A stretch of DNA of 64,000 nucleotides from positions 704,504 through 768,503 of the forward strand of contig CAVRAI010000004.1 of assembly GCA_963718915.1 (NCBI GenBank). The letters run 5' to 3'. The notes under the pieces are model-generated. The model made no database searches. It saw only the letters and a list, made by a program, of their open reading frames with translations, and had not been told where the DNA came from. A program made the translations under genes and the position numbers. Positions 37,663-50,576 of the stretch are shown here, piece after piece. The first letter of the stretch is position 1. Every line of letters begins with the position of its first letter. Source of the stretch: an uncultured Chloroflexia bacterium (GTDB taxonomy: Bacteria; Chloroflexota; Ktedonobacteria; Ktedonobacterales; JADMIN01).

Positions 37663-38472
37663 TTATGCCTCTTTTATCTGACCAAGGAAGGTGCGCAGGC
37701 GGTCGTTCTTTGGAGCGTTGAAGAGTTGATCGGGTGCCCCCTCTTCCTGGATGATGCCGCCATCCATGAAGATCACGCGGTCTGCCACATCGCGGGCGAA
37801 GCCCATCTCGTGCGTGACGACGATCATCGTCATCCCCTCCTCGGCAAGCTGGCGCATCACTTTGAGGACTTCTCCCACTAGCTCCGGGTCGAGGGCGGAG
37901 GTTGCCTCGTCGAAGAGCATCAGCTTGGGATCCATGGCCAGCGCGCGCGCAATGGCGACACGCTGCTGCTGCCCGCCAGAGAGCCGTGCGGGATAAGCGT
38001 CAGCCTTCTCGCCAAGGCCGACCTTTGCCAGCAGTTCATGGGCGCGCGCCTCCGCCTGCTCTTTCGAGATGCCTTTCACCTGCATGGGCGCCTCGACGAT
38101 GTTTTGCAGCGCCGTCAGGTGGGGGAAGAGATTGAAGCGCTGGAAAACCATACCGATCTCTGCACGAATCCGCGCGACGTTGCGCTCGCTATCCTCCACC
38201 AGCTTGCCGTCAGACGCCTCGCGGTAGCCGATCAGCTCGCCGTCAACATAGATACGTCCGCGATTGATCTTTTCGAGGTGATTGATGCAGCGGAGGAAGG
38301 TCGTCTTGCCCGACCCGCTCGGGCCAATCACGACGACCACCTCGCCACGCTGCACCCGCATGTTGATACCGCGCAGCACCTCGTTGTTATGAAAGTATTT
38401 GTGAACGTCCAGGGCATCCACCATCGGTCGCGCCCCGTTCGCCTGCGCGCTTGCGCCACTCAGCATTGCCAT
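37663..38472 (-). CDS. Amino acid ABC transporter ATP-binding protein (GlnQ-like)
   Basis: Contains [49 protein letters not shown], and an SD of AAGGGAGAG. Confidence 0.9.
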   Translation of the reverse strand: MAMLSGASAQANGARPMVDALDVHKYFHNNEVLRGINMRVQRGEVVVVIGPSGSGKTTFLRCINHLEKINRGRIYVDGELIGYREASDGKLVEDSERNVARIRAEIGMVFQRFNLFPHLTALQNIVEAPMQVKGISKEQAEARAHELLAKVGLGEKADAYPARLSGGQQQRVAIARALAMDPKLMLFDEATSALDPELVGEVLKVMRQLAEEGMTMIVVTHEMGFARDVADRVIFMDGGIIQEEGAPDQLFNAPKNDRLRTFLGQIKEA

Positions 38473-38525
38473 AGTGTTATCTCTCCCTTTCGGCGTGTGC
38501 TGTTGGATTCGCCTACTCTAACCCC

Positions 38526-39380
38526 TTAATGCACAGGTAATGGTCCAACTTCTCGATGACCCATGCCAACTACACGCTGCCACCAATTGGCCCCCTTTAC
38601 GCCTGGCTCGATCTCTGAGGCGCCCAGCCTGCGCTCGATGTAGCTCTGGATGAAACCCCAGATGGTGGTCAGAAGCAGATACCAGAGCGAGGCCACGACC
38701 AGGAGTTCCGGGATAGCGAAGAGTGGTCCGCCAATCGAGAGCGATGTATTGAGCAGTTCATAGAGCCCTGCCGCATACGCGAGCGAGGTGTTCTTGAGCA
38801 TATTATTGAATTCATTGCCCAGGGGTGGGATGATGACGCGGAAAGCCTGAGGCAAGATGATACGGCGCATCGCCAGCGGATAGGTCATTCCAAGCGACTT
38901 GGCGGCTTCGAGTTGACCAGTGTCTATGGCGCCGATTCCAGCGCGGACGATTTCTCGCATATAGGCGCCCTCGTTCAGAGAGAGCGCAAGCAATGCCGCC
39001 AGGAATGAATCAAGAAAAATCGGGCCAACGCCGTGGGTGAAGCCAATCAGTGAGAACAAGTCAAAGGAGCGCAACGGGCGAACCAGGCCAAGATAGGGGA
39101 AGAGATAGAAGACAAAGAGGATCTGTACCAGCAGCGGGGTTCCACGGAAAAACCAGACGTAAATGGCAGAGATGCCTCTGAGGACACGCCAGCGGCTTCG
39201 GCTCATGAAGTAGAGGAGCAGTCCAATGAGCGTGCCCAGGAATTGAGCAATGACGGCGAGGATGATAACCAGGATAACACCCTGTATGATTGGCGCTGCA
39301 AGTAGGTATTTCCAAACATAGGCCCAATTGAAACTGTGATTGAGCGTGACGAAGTTTTGCAGCCACTGGAGTATGCCCAT
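38526..39380 (-). CDS. Amino acid ABC transporter permease (HisM/GlnP-type)
   Basis: Multi-TM protein with the EAA loop EAAKSLGMTYPLAMRRIILPQA. Confidence 0.88.
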   Translation of the reverse strand: MGILQWLQNFVTLNHSFNWAYVWKYLLAAPIIQGVILVIILAVIAQFLGTLIGLLLYFMSRSRWRVLRGISAIYVWFFRGTPLLVQILFVFYLFPYLGLVRPLRSFDLFSLIGFTHGVGPIFLDSFLAALLALSLNEGAYMREIVRAGIGAIDTGQLEAAKSLGMTYPLAMRRIILPQAFRVIIPPLGNEFNNMLKNTSLAYAAGLYELLNTSLSIGGPLFAIPELLVVASLWYLLLTTIWGFIQSYIERRLGASEIEPGVKGANWWQRVVGMGHREVGPLPVH

Positions 39381-39563
39381 TGTTTGTCTCCCCTCATTTC
39401 TTGAGCAGTACCTGGCTCACCTGCTACGCCGGAGGGAGCAGACATACGTCCAACCTGCGACAGCGGGGCTCGGCATCGCGTGCAAACCGGCGAAATGGAA
39501 CGGTCGAGGCATTATACCCCGACCGTCCGCAACTTCGTGCTATGCCATCTTGACTGCGAAGGG

Positions 39564-40508
39564 TTAGGAGAGTGGCGGGTAGGCCAACTTCTGCACACCC
39601 CAGTTGGTCAGAATCTTGAGGTATGTGCCGTCGGAGCGCATCGCCGCAAGCGCATTGGTGATGGCTGTCTCGAGCGCCGAATTGTCTTTGCGCATCACGA
39701 TGCCCTGTGGCGAAGGCGAGACGGTGATGCCGCCAGACTCGAGCTTGCCAGAATTCTGCTTGGAATAGTAGTCGGTCACTGGCTGGTCTTGATAGCTGGC
39801 GTCGGCGCTGCCATTAACTACCTGCAGCACGACATCATTCTGTGATGCGAAGTGTACCAGTTTGATCTTGTTGTCTTTGCAGACCGCTGCCTGACCAGAC
39901 GTGCCGTCGCCCGTGCCATTCGCGTCCTGTAACTCAGCAAGCTCGACGGTATTATCCTGTGCAGCGACGATCTTGCCACACATCGCGTCAATCGAGGTGA
40001 TGCTCTTGGGATTGCCTGTCTGAACGAGGATGGACTCACCGGCAGTGAAGTAGGGAATCATGTCCACCTTCTGCTGGCGGTCAGAGTTGATGGTGAACGA
40101 TGAGATGGACATGTCGTAGCGCTGCTGACCAAGCGTCGGGCCAGAAAGGTCAGGGATGATCGAGCCGAAATCTGCCTTGATGATGTTAGGCGTCAGGCAG
40201 AGTCGCTTGGCAAACTCGCGGGCGAGGTCCATGTCATAGCCGATGTAGTTGCTTGGGTTGGTGGGATCTGAGTATTCAGCCGGAGCATACGTCGTATCGC
40301 TGGCAATCGTCAATTTCCCCGGACTTACCAGGTGCCAGCTTGCGACGGTAGAGGACGACGGACAGTTTGCATTGTTACCACCGGTTGTTGGGGTTGTCGT
40401 GGTTCCACAGGCCGAGAGCAGGAGCGAAAGCCCCATTGCGGCTCCAACCACTCCAACAGTCATAACCCGCCGCATTCTTGACGGGGTGCGCATTGACGCG
40501 GGTATCAT
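39564..40508 (-). CDS. Amino acid ABC transporter substrate-binding lipoprotein
   Basis: Lipobox LLLSACG, a type-3 SBP layout (GYDMDLAREFAKRL, FTINSDRQQKVD), and an SD of AAGGAGAAG. Confidence 0.85.
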   Translation of the reverse strand: MIPASMRTPSRMRRVMTVGVVGAAMGLSLLLSACGTTTTPTTGGNNANCPSSSTVASWHLVSPGKLTIASDTTYAPAEYSDPTNPSNYIGYDMDLAREFAKRLCLTPNIIKADFGSIIPDLSGPTLGQQRYDMSISSFTINSDRQQKVDMIPYFTAGESILVQTGNPKSITSIDAMCGKIVAAQDNTVELAELQDANGTGDGTSGQAAVCKDNKIKLVHFASQNDVVLQVVNGSADASYQDQPVTDYYSKQNSGKLESGGITVSPSPQGIVMRKDNSALETAITNALAAMRSDGTYLKILTNWGVQKLAYPPLS

Positions 40509-40932
40509 CCAGTCTTCTCCTTGCTACAACATCACCATACGCCTGAGAGGATGCCGGGAAAAGCTCATGTGTGTAACGAGTGTACCATTCCCACGCAAGA
40601 CCTCTGGTGCGCTGTCGCAGACCTATTGCACAGGGCAACAGCTAAGATAAAGTACGCATCTTCGTGGTGTAATCTTACAGGCTCAGGCTATGTAAGGGGG
40701 AGAAATCGCCCCATGTGGCGCACTCGAAGCTGGTCTTTGGCGCGCGGTTAGCGGCTGTTGGAGAAGCGCTCTCAGCGCCAGGGGATGGTTGCGCAGTGAA
40801 AAAATGCGGGGAGAGTAGCCCACCCGCTCTCTCTCCGCAATTGCATGCGATTGGGAAACCACATACCTGATGAGACGTATCGAAGTCCTGGTTGCGCCGT
40901 TAGCCTTCGCCGCCTGGTACTTTTTGTGTCTG

Positions 40933-41763
40933 CTAGAAGTGTAGTTCAGGGCCATGCTGCCGCAACCAGACACGCCGATCGCGGTAATCCGGGCAGTGTT
41001 CGGCCACCAGCGCCCAGAAGCGCGGCGAGTGGTTGCCTTCTTTGAGATGCGCCAATTCGTGAATGACGATGTAGTCCAGCACGGCAAGTGGCGCCAGGAG
41101 GAGCCGCCAGTTGAAATTGAGGTTACCCTGACGCGAACAGCTTCCCCAGCGACTCTTTTGATCCCGTATCGCGATGCGCCCGTAGCTGTAGCCGAATTGG
41201 GCATTCCACTGGGCTGCTCGCTCGGCGAAGACATGATGCGCCTGACGACGATACCAGCGCTCGATGGTCACCCGCACCGCGTCGGGGGACGCGGCATCCA
41301 GAAAGAGGCGCAGTGTGCCCTCTTCCATCACAGTGGTCTTGCGTCTGCCCGGGTGGCTGGTATCGAGCACGAGGCGCAATTGTCCGCCCGCAAAGGGAAG
41401 AAGTGCGCCTGACTGAAGTGGTGTCTCGACCACGGAGAGAGGTGGCTGCGCATAGCGCTCCAGCATTTTGGTGATCCAGTCGGTCTTTTCGCGCATCACT
41501 GCCTCTATGCGCGCAACGCTGACGCCAGGCGGCGTCGTCACCTCCAGTCCGTTGCCGGGACGCACCTCGAAGCGCAAACGTCGGGCGCGTCGGCTGATGC
41601 GATGGCGGTAGGTGATCGTGGCATCGCCAAGGCTGATTGCCCGTTGGCGAACAGTCGAGGGCTTCGGTGCGGCGTGGGGCGTGCCTTTGCGTCCAGAACT
41701 GGTACGTCCTGATGGTGTTTTGGGTGTTGTAGCCGACGAGGTGGCCGATGCGTTCTCTGGCAT
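40933..41763 (-). CDS. YgjP-like M48/DUF45 zinc metallohydrolase
   Basis: The C-terminus VIHELAHLKEGNHSPRFWALV carries an HExxH motif. The N-terminal ~40 aa are S/T/P-rich. Confidence 0.8.
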   Translation of the reverse strand: MPENASATSSATTPKTPSGRTSSGRKGTPHAAPKPSTVRQRAISLGDATITYRHRISRRARRLRFEVRPGNGLEVTTPPGVSVARIEAVMREKTDWITKMLERYAQPPLSVVETPLQSGALLPFAGGQLRLVLDTSHPGRRKTTVMEEGTLRLFLDAASPDAVRVTIERWYRRQAHHVFAERAAQWNAQFGYSYGRIAIRDQKSRWGSCSRQGNLNFNWRLLLAPLAVLDYIVIHELAHLKEGNHSPRFWALVAEHCPDYRDRRVWLRQHGPELHF

Positions 41764-41958
41764 GCCTTATCCTCTCCTTCAGCTAGCAGGTGGGATATCG
41801 TTTCTCATATGTGCATGAGATATGCGCACGAGCGCACGATCATTTTGGTGGGACTATCGTAGCGGGAAGTCAATCCCCAGGCGAGAGTGACAGTACCAAC
41901 AGCCCCCGGCCATTGGTCATAGGTAATTGTGGAGTGCGAAAATTGCCCGGCAATTCGC

Positions 41959-41987
41959 TTGACTTGCGCCCTGCGTTGTGATATGCT
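41959..41987 (+). promoter_or_regulatory. Candidate rRNA promoter
   Basis: TTGACT, a 17-nt spacer, then TATGCT, with an A/T-rich stretch (GAAAATT) upstream. Lies about 265 nt upstream of 16S. Confidence 0.6.
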
Positions 41988-42136
41988 CTCTTTTGCGTCT
42001 GGCGCTTGGCGTCAGAGCGGTGGTTGCCATCGCACAGTACCTGAACAACCGAAGAGTGAGAAGCAGCAGTATGCTCTAAGTGTTCGCAGTGCCAGGAATT
42101 TTCCAGCACTGTGACGATGCGGGTAGCATACGTCAA

Positions 42137-42147
42137 TGTTCTTTGAG
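42137..42147 (+). promoter_or_regulatory. boxA-like antitermination element in the rRNA leader
   Basis: TGTTCTTTGAG resembles the Gram-positive-type boxA consensus TGTTCTTTGA(A/G)A. Confidence 0.5.
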
Positions 42148-42251
42148 TCGTGCAAACGACGCAGTAACAAGCGAGTGGAATGACATGTATTGCGAGGAGG
42201 TCGCACGCGACAAGGCGTCGGCGGACTTGCAGGCATATAGACCACAGAACT

Positions 42252-43794
<1,543 letters not shown>

Positions 43795-43975
43795 GGGAGT
43801 ATCCAGGTCAGGAAACCTCTTCGGAGGCACCCTTGACCTCACTTCCATGTCGAGGTGCATGGTTGCCATTTGTGTGGTACCATGCATCGCAGAAACGTAT
43901 CTATTCGCATCATAGCGCAGGTTGCTTCTCACTCTTCGGTTGTCGCAGGAAGTCGTCCGGCGGCTTGCCAACTGC

Positions 43976-44049
43976 GGGCCTGTAGCTCAGCTGGTTAGAG
44001 CGCAGTCCTGATAAGACTGAGGTCCTCCGTTCGAGCCGGAGCAGGCCCA
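43976..44049 (+). tRNA. tRNA-Ile (anticodon GAU)
   Basis: Folded by hand. Acceptor GGGCCTG/CAGGCCC, anticodon loop CTGATAA, T-loop TTCGAGC. Confidence 0.92.
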
Positions 44050-44095
44050 CCCGCACATCGATAGTATGGTTCGCGATTTGGTCGCTTTGCCTTCT

Positions 44096-44168
44096 GGGGG
44101 CGTAGCTCAGTTGGGAGAGCATCTGGTTTGCATCCAGAGGGTCAGGGGTTCGAGTCCCCTCGTCTCCA
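44096..44168 (+). tRNA. tRNA-Ala (anticodon UGC)
   Basis: Acceptor GGGGGCG/CGTCTCC with G3:U70, anticodon loop TTTGCAT, T-loop TTCGAGT. Confidence 0.92.
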
Positions 44169-44249
44169 CCCATGTTGCCCAGGCAGCGCCTCCCAGCGTG
44201 ACCAGGTATCGATCGTGTGATTCACTCGCGAGTTGTGAGACGCGGGGGG

Positions 44250-44366
44250 ATTGGTGACTAGAGCGGAGGGGACACACTCGTTCCCATCCCGAACACGGTC
44301 GTTAAGCCCTCCAGCCCCCACGATACTGCAGGGGCAGCCCTGTGGGACAATAGGACGTTGCCACTC
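44250..44366 (+). rRNA. rrf: 5S ribosomal RNA
   Basis: Reads UUGGUGAC..GCGGAGGGGACACACUCGUUCCCAUCCCGAACACGGUCGUUAAGCCCUCCAGC...AGGACGUUGCCAC. This aligns block for block with Bacillus-type 5S as I remember it. It is enclosed by the GC stem CGCGGGGGG/CCCCCCGCG. Ends are +/- a few nt. Confidence 0.88.
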
Positions 44367-44393
44367 CCCCCGCGCACCACAACCGCACTCTTG

Positions 44394-44421
44394 GCCCGAA
44401 GCGAACAGCTCCGGGCTTTTT
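44394..44421 (+). terminator. Putative terminator of the rRNA unit
   Basis: GCCCG-N13-CGGGC followed by TTTTT. The stem is short. Confidence 0.5.
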
Positions 44422-44515
44422 GCTATTATCTGGTTGGTGGTTTCGTTTGTAGATATGTAGAGATAGACACCATCACAATGGCCGTTATTACATGGCTGTG
44501 AGCGAGGGAAGCGCA

Positions 44516-45763
44516 ATGCAAGGCAAGCATATTGTGCTGGGTGTATGTGGCGGGATCGCTGCTTATAAGGCGGCCGACCTCACTAGCAAGCTGCAGCAGG
44601 CGGGTGCGCTCGTCGATGTCGTGCTCACCGAACACGCCATCGAGTTTGTTCAACCGCTGACTTTCTCCTCGCTCAGCCATCGCTCCGTCTACACCAACCT
44701 GTGGGAACCGACTGGCGAGGTTGCCGCCCAGCACATCAAGCTTGGCCAGCAGGCGGATGCGCTGGTGATCGCGCCTGCCACCGCCAATACAATTGCGCGC
44801 CTGGCGCACGGCATGGCCGACGATATGCTCACCACCGTGGCGTTGGCCACTACTGCTCCATTGCTCATCGTGCCAGCGATGGAACACCATATGTATTATC
44901 ATCCGGCGACACAGGCTAACCTCCACCTGCTGGAGCAGCGCGGCGCAACCATCCTGCCGCCTGAAGAAGGCCACCTGGCATCGGGCGCGATAGGCAAGGG
45001 GCGTTTTCCGGACACGCCGACGATTCTCGCCGCCATTCACCGATTGTTGGGACGTGCGGGTGATCTTGCGGGCAGACGCGTCGTCGTCACGGCTGGCGGG
45101 ACGCGCGAGCCAATCGATCCGGTGCGTTTCGTCGGCAATCGTTCCAGCGGATTGATGGGCTTCTCGCTGGCTGAGGCGGCGCGCGACCGTGGCGCTACGG
45201 TGACAATCATCACAGGCTCTTACAGCGCAACACCACCCGTGGAAATCCCGCTGATGTACGTTGAGTCTACGCGGGATATGCTCGATGCTGTAGTGGCCGC
45301 GTGCGCCGATGCCGACGTGCTTATCATGGCAGCGGCAGTCGCGGATTATGCGGTGGCCAAGCCCGCCGTGCACAAGATCAAAAAAGGGTCGGCGGCGGAA
45401 AACGCCGATGGCTCGTTGACATTGCATCTCATTCCTAACCCTGATATTCTCCAAGAGTTGGCGAAGTTGCCCGCGATGCGTTCTCTGGTGCGCGTCGGCT
45501 TTGCCGCGGAGACCGAACATATCGCCGCGAACGCTGCCAGGAAGCTTACCGCAAAGGATCTGGATATCCTCGTCGCCAACGATGTTGCCCGGAGCGATAT
45601 TGGATTCCAGGCGCCAGATAACGAGGTGACGCTCTATCACCGTGATGGCACGGTCGAGGAGCTACCTTTCCAGGCGAAGCGTGCCGTCGCCGACGCCATC
45701 TGGGATCGTGTTTCTCCGTTGGTGCGTGCGCGAGCCACGGCCGCTATTGATTTGCACAACTGA
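44516..45763 (+). CDS. coaBC: Bifunctional phosphopantothenoylcysteine decarboxylase / phosphopantothenate-cysteine ligase
   Basis: Contains MQGKHIVLGVCGGIAAYKAADLTSKL and the CoaB half (VTAGGTREPIDPVRFVGNRSSG). Start is ATG 44516, preceded by GAGGGAAG. Confidence 0.93.
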   Translation: MQGKHIVLGVCGGIAAYKAADLTSKLQQAGALVDVVLTEHAIEFVQPLTFSSLSHRSVYTNLWEPTGEVAAQHIKLGQQADALVIAPATANTIARLAHGMADDMLTTVALATTAPLLIVPAMEHHMYYHPATQANLHLLEQRGATILPPEEGHLASGAIGKGRFPDTPTILAAIHRLLGRAGDLAGRRVVVTAGGTREPIDPVRFVGNRSSGLMGFSLAEAARDRGATVTIITGSYSATPPVEIPLMYVESTRDMLDAVVAACADADVLIMAAAVADYAVAKPAVHKIKKGSAAENADGSLTLHLIPNPDILQELAKLPAMRSLVRVGFAAETEHIAANAARKLTAKDLDILVANDVARSDIGFQAPDNEVTLYHRDGTVEELPFQAKRAVADAIWDRVSPLVRARATAAIDLHN

Positions 45764-45933
45764 TATCGCGCACCATAATTGGAGTAGATGTTACGTGTGC
45801 GCCGGTCCCATAGCCGTTGCCGCTTCGCAAGGCCAGTGCTACACTGCCAGTGCTTTTCAGTCTTTTGTGGCCCATCTGCGCGACTCCAGGGCGGCCATTC
45901 CACGAGTGGAGAAGAACGATGCAGGAGGCGTCA

Positions 45934-48900
45934 ATGCCGAACCGCACTCGGCGTCGCCTGCGACCAGCTTTCGCTGCTATTCGGCCATACTCATCTGATG
46001 AGGTCGAGACGACCACCACTGCCGCGGCACGTCGGGTGAGCACGATTTCGGATCGTGTGTGGGGCTGGCTGGCACGCCGTGATCCCCTCTTCTGGGCGAT
46101 GGTCGGTATCGCGCTCGTCGCGCTGGTGTTACGGCTCTACGGCATCAACTGGGACGCTAATAATCACCTCCACCCCGATGAGCGTGAAATCGTCTTCAAG
46201 GCGATGTGTCTCTCATTTCCCGGTACGCCGCGAATTGGTAATTGCGATCCAGCCTATACGGGTCCGGGCTGGCTGCTTTCGCCAAATTCGCCCCTCAATC
46301 CGCACTTTTTTGCCTATGGTTCATTCCCGCTGTATCTGTTGGCCGCGGTCGCGCATGGTCTTGCCTGGATTACCCATCTTACCGGTGGGCGATTTCTGCC
46401 GCCAGATGGAGGAACCTGGGACGATTTCAATCACTTTACGCTGGTGGGTCGGGCGATTTCGGCAATATTCGACGCTGGTACCGTTCTGCTGGCTGGCCTG
46501 ATTACCCGTCGGCTCGCGGGCCGCTGGGCAGCGCTGCTGGCGGCGGCGTTTGTCGCGACAATCCCCTTCGAGGTGCAGGTCGCGCACTTCTACGCTGTGG
46601 ACACCCTAATGCTGTTTTTCGTCATGCTGACGCTCTACGGCTGCATGTTGCTCGTGCAGGGAGCGGGTTCACCAGCCTCGCGGGATCGCCTCGCGGCAGG
46701 CCAGTGGTGGGCATGGCGTCTGGGCGTGCTGATCGGCGTCGCGTATGCGCTGGCACTCGCCACAAAGGTGAGCGCGCTGCCGCTGGCGGTACCGATTCTT
46801 GTGGCTCTGGCGCTCTGCTGGTGGCGGCGAGGGATGGATTCCATGTTACTCGCGTTCATGGGAGTCGTCTCGACCGGCCTTATCGTATTTACGCTTGTCA
46901 GTCCCTATACGTTCCTCGATTGGAAGGAATTTCAGCAGCAGGTCACCGAGCAGACGATGCTCTCACAAGGCCAGCTGGACTACCCCTACGTGCGCCAGTT
47001 CGCGGATGCGACCAATTACATCTATCCTTTGCGGCAATTGTTGCTGTATGACATGGGTTTGCCGCTTGGGGTGCTCGGCCTTGCAGGCTTTGCCTGGGCA
47101 ACGAGCAAGCTCTGGCGCACTCTAAATACCGACTGGCTGATTCTTGTTTCGTGGCTGGCCGTCTACTTTGGTATTGTCGGCGGCGCATACATGAAGTTCA
47201 GCCGGTACATGCTCCCCGTCTTCACCGGGCTGGCAATCTGCGGCGCGGCGGCGCTTGCCGCATTGAGCGCGTGGGGGCTGCGTCGGCTACGCGCTATCAG
47301 CGAAAGTCAAGCGGAAGCTAAACAGCGACGCTGGTGGCGCCGCGATCCGTTCGCGCTGCCGATGGCGCGCTGGGCAACGACGCTCTGGGGTGTGCGCTGG
47401 TGGCGTGGGGTCTGTCTGGCTATCGCGCTAGGGGTGTTGGTGGCTTCCAGTTTTGCCACGCTTGCTCTGCTCAACATCTACAGCGAGCCGAATACCCGTG
47501 TGCAGGCATCCGTCTGGATCTATGACCACGTATCCGCTGGCTCGACGCTGACCAACGAGGTCTGGGACGATCCGCTCCCGATAGAAGCGCCGCCTGCGCG
47601 CGTCGACGCGCAGGGAGTTGGATATACCGCCAGTGGCGCGGTTATCAACCCATCGGAGTACCAGCAGATTGGCCTCAATCTGTATGACGATGACACGCAG
47701 CAGAAAGCCGTCCAACTGGCGCAGAGTCTCGCCAGCGCCAATGTTGTCGTCATCAGTAGCCAGCGGCTGGTCAAGTCCATCCCCAAACTGCCTGACCGCT
47801 ACCCTATGACCACGCGCTACTACGATCTGCTCTTCGCGGGCAAGTTGGGATTTCAAACTGGCGGCGCACTTCGAGAACCACCCAAACCTCCTGGGCATCA
47901 CGCTCGACGACAGCGGAGCGGACGAGAGCTTCTCGGTCTACGATCATCCGCCGGTCTGGATCTTCACACGCGAGGGTGCGGGTTTGACCCAGGCGCAGCT
48001 GACTCAGGAACTGACGAACGGCCTCTATTTGCCAGCGGCATCGCATCGCTCTGGCAGCCAGAAATCGCTGCTGCTCTCATCACAGGATGCGGCGGCGGAT
48101 AACCAGTCGCAGCCACTCGGCGTGCAGTTCCCGGCAAATAGCCTTGCCAATTCGATCCCATTGCTCTGGTGGCTGCTTATCATCGAACTCCTGGGCATTG
48201 TGAGTTTCCCGCTCGCCTTCAGCGCGTTTCCCGGATTGCGCGACCGTGGCTGGGGCTTGAGCAAGCTGCTTGGGCTACTCGTCCTGGCATGGGCCATCTG
48301 GCTGCCTTCCAGTCTGCATGTGTTGCCATTTGATCGCTGGGCAGTTGTCCTGATGTTCGGCGTGCTGGCGGCATTCGGCGCGCTTGTCGCCTGGCTACGA
48401 CGCGATGCCCTCTGGGCATTTATCCGGGCACGTTGGCGGCTACTCGTTATTGGCGAGGCGTTCTTTGTGGCGGCGTTCCTCTTCTTCGTCTGGATTCGCG
48501 CGCTCGACCCTGATCTCTGGCATATCTATCGCGGCGGCGAAAAGCCAATGGAGCTCGCCTTCCTGAACGGCATCCTACGCAGTCGCTTTATGCCGCCGCT
48601 TGATCCCTGGTTCAGTGGTGGCTATATCAACTACTACTACTACGGCCAGTATCTGATTGCCGTGCTCATCAAACTGACCGGCATCGCCCCAACTACTGCC
48701 TTCAATCTGGCGATTCCACTGCTGTTTGGCCTGACGTGTTCCGCTGCCTATTCGGTGGTTGCCGGGATGACCGGTCGCTGGTGGGCGGGTCTGATGGGTG
48801 GGCTTGGCCTGGCTGTCGTGGGCAATCTGGATGGTCTGCTGCAACTGATCGGCCAGCTTCAGGCATCGCTTGCCGGGCAGATTCCACCTGCCTTCGATTA

Positions 48901-50576
48901 CTGGCGTAGCAGTCGTGTCATCCCGTTTACGATCAACGAGTTCCCATTCTGGAGCTTCCTCTACGCCGATCTCCATGCTCATCTGATTGATCTGCCAATC
49001 GTCGTGTTGATTATCGCTGCCTGTGGCTCGCTTCTGCGTGGCGCGAGCGTCTTCGGACAACACTGGCGGTCGGTGGTTCCGACGCTGGCGGTCGTGGCGC
49101 TGGCGCTTGGGGCGGCATGGTGTACGAATACATGGGATTTGCCGACGTATGGCTTGCTGGTTGCGCTCGTACTGATGTTGCGGCTGTTCCCGAATGGAGG
49201 CGTGGGCTTCTGGCGGACGCTGAAGAGCCTCTCATGGTCCGCCATTCGCAATGTGGCGCTGGCCGTGGTCCTGACATTCGCAGGCGCATACGCGCTCTAC
49301 CTGCCATTCCACGCGAATTTCCAGAACTTCGTCAGCGGTACCGGGCCGGTCACCACGCCTACGAATCCCGCCCAGTTTGTTACGCTGTTCGGCATATGGC
49401 TCTTCCTGGTGGCGAGCTTCCTATTCCTCGAACTGTGGGATCGCGTCGAGCGTACATTTGGTGGCGAGGATCGAACTGGTCAGGCGCAGCGCCTCATCCT
49501 GCTCACGCTTGCAAGTATCGTTGTTCTGTTGCTGGCGTTTGCCATCAGCCTCAAAGTGCTGTTGCTCGTGCTGCTCGGCGCTGGCGCGTATCTCGCGCTT
49601 GGGAAGCCGCCACTCAGCGGTCAAACGGTTGACCTATCTGGTGATTTTGCTAGGCCTGGGGGTTGCCTTCGGCGTCGAAGTCATCTACGTACGCGACTTT
49701 CTGGATAACTCCGACTGGGAGCGGATGAACACGGTCTTCAAGTTCTACTATCAGGTGTGGACCCTGCTCTCGCTTGGAGGAATACTGGCGCTGACTCAGA
49801 TGCTCGGACGCATCTTCCCGATGCGCTCCACCGAGGCGACACAGCAAGATGGCGACGATGAGACTGGTCAGGAGTTGATAGAGGAAGAGGAGTCTTCAGG
49901 CCAGGTTGCGCCCTCACATCCTCGTGGCGTGGAGTGGGCAGGCGTTTTGCGCGGCGGCATGCGGATCGTATGGGTATTGGCATTCGCTGGTCTGCTCTTT
50001 GGGTCGTCGATCTTTCTGATCGAGGGCACAAAAGCGCGAGTGAGCGATCCCGCTGTTTGGGCCGCCGTGCAGCCGCCACCGGGTGGCGTTCAGCCACAAG
50101 GTCTCTCGCTAGATGGTATGGCTTATATGCGCGGTTGGTATCCAGGTGACTACGCAGCAATCACCTGGATCAATGACCATATCGCGGGCGCGCCAACTAT
50201 CGTGGAGGCGAGCAATGGCCCGTATGCGTGGTATAGCCGCGTCTCGATTTACACAGGACTGCCCGATGTGTTGGGCTGGAGCAGTCACGAATCACAGCAG
50301 CGTTACGGTGATCAGGTCTATGCGCGTCAGTCGGATGTGCAGACATTCTATGGATCCGAGGATCCCGCTGCCGCAGTGAACTTCTTGCGCGAGTACAGCG
50401 TCAAGTATGTCTACATCGGCGGCCTCGAGCGCACCTGTTATATGACCAATGACCAGGGAGGCTGTGTGCCAATGTCTGGCGCGGCGCTCGATAAATTCAC
50501 ATCACTGGCGCATGCGGGCGTATTGCGTGCGGTTTATCAGAATAGTGATGTGGTGATCTATCAGGTGGTTGGCTAA
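45934..50576 (+). pseudogene. ArnT/PMT-like (GT-C) + Chlor_Arch_YYY/DUF2298 fusion membrane protein, interrupted by two +1 frameshifts (or two sequencing indels)
   Basis: Three ORF fragments lie in successive frames: 45934 to ~47853, ~47853 to ~49603, and ~49603 to 50576. The sequence carries on sensibly across both junctions (..YYDLLFAGKLGF|KLAAHFENHPNLLGITLDDSGADESFSVYDHPPVWIF.. and ..LLGAGAYLALG|SRHSAVKRLTYLVILLGLGVAFGVEVIYVRDF..). The N-terminal part has LHPDEREIVF. The C-terminal part is paralogous to 50576-53200, including INYYYYGQYL. Start is ATG 45934, preceded by AGGAGG. Confidence 0.65.

Noticed and set aside
44169-44249. Remnant of a 23S gene or a 23S processing stem in the tRNA-Ala to 5S spacer
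   Set aside because: The 81-nt spacer has only a short CTCGCGAG palindrome. I found no recognisable 23S terminal sequence and no extended inverted repeat, so I cannot support a claim of a deletion scar.
44426-45640. 404-aa minus-strand ORF
   Set aside because: Antisense to the well-supported coaBC gene, with no recognisable motifs.
47845-49610. Programmed +1 ribosomal frameshifting at a shared TTGGGA motif
   Set aside because: The shared hexamer lies in different codon phases at the two sites, and the rnc site lacks it. A single-G insertion or sequencing error explains all three sites more simply.
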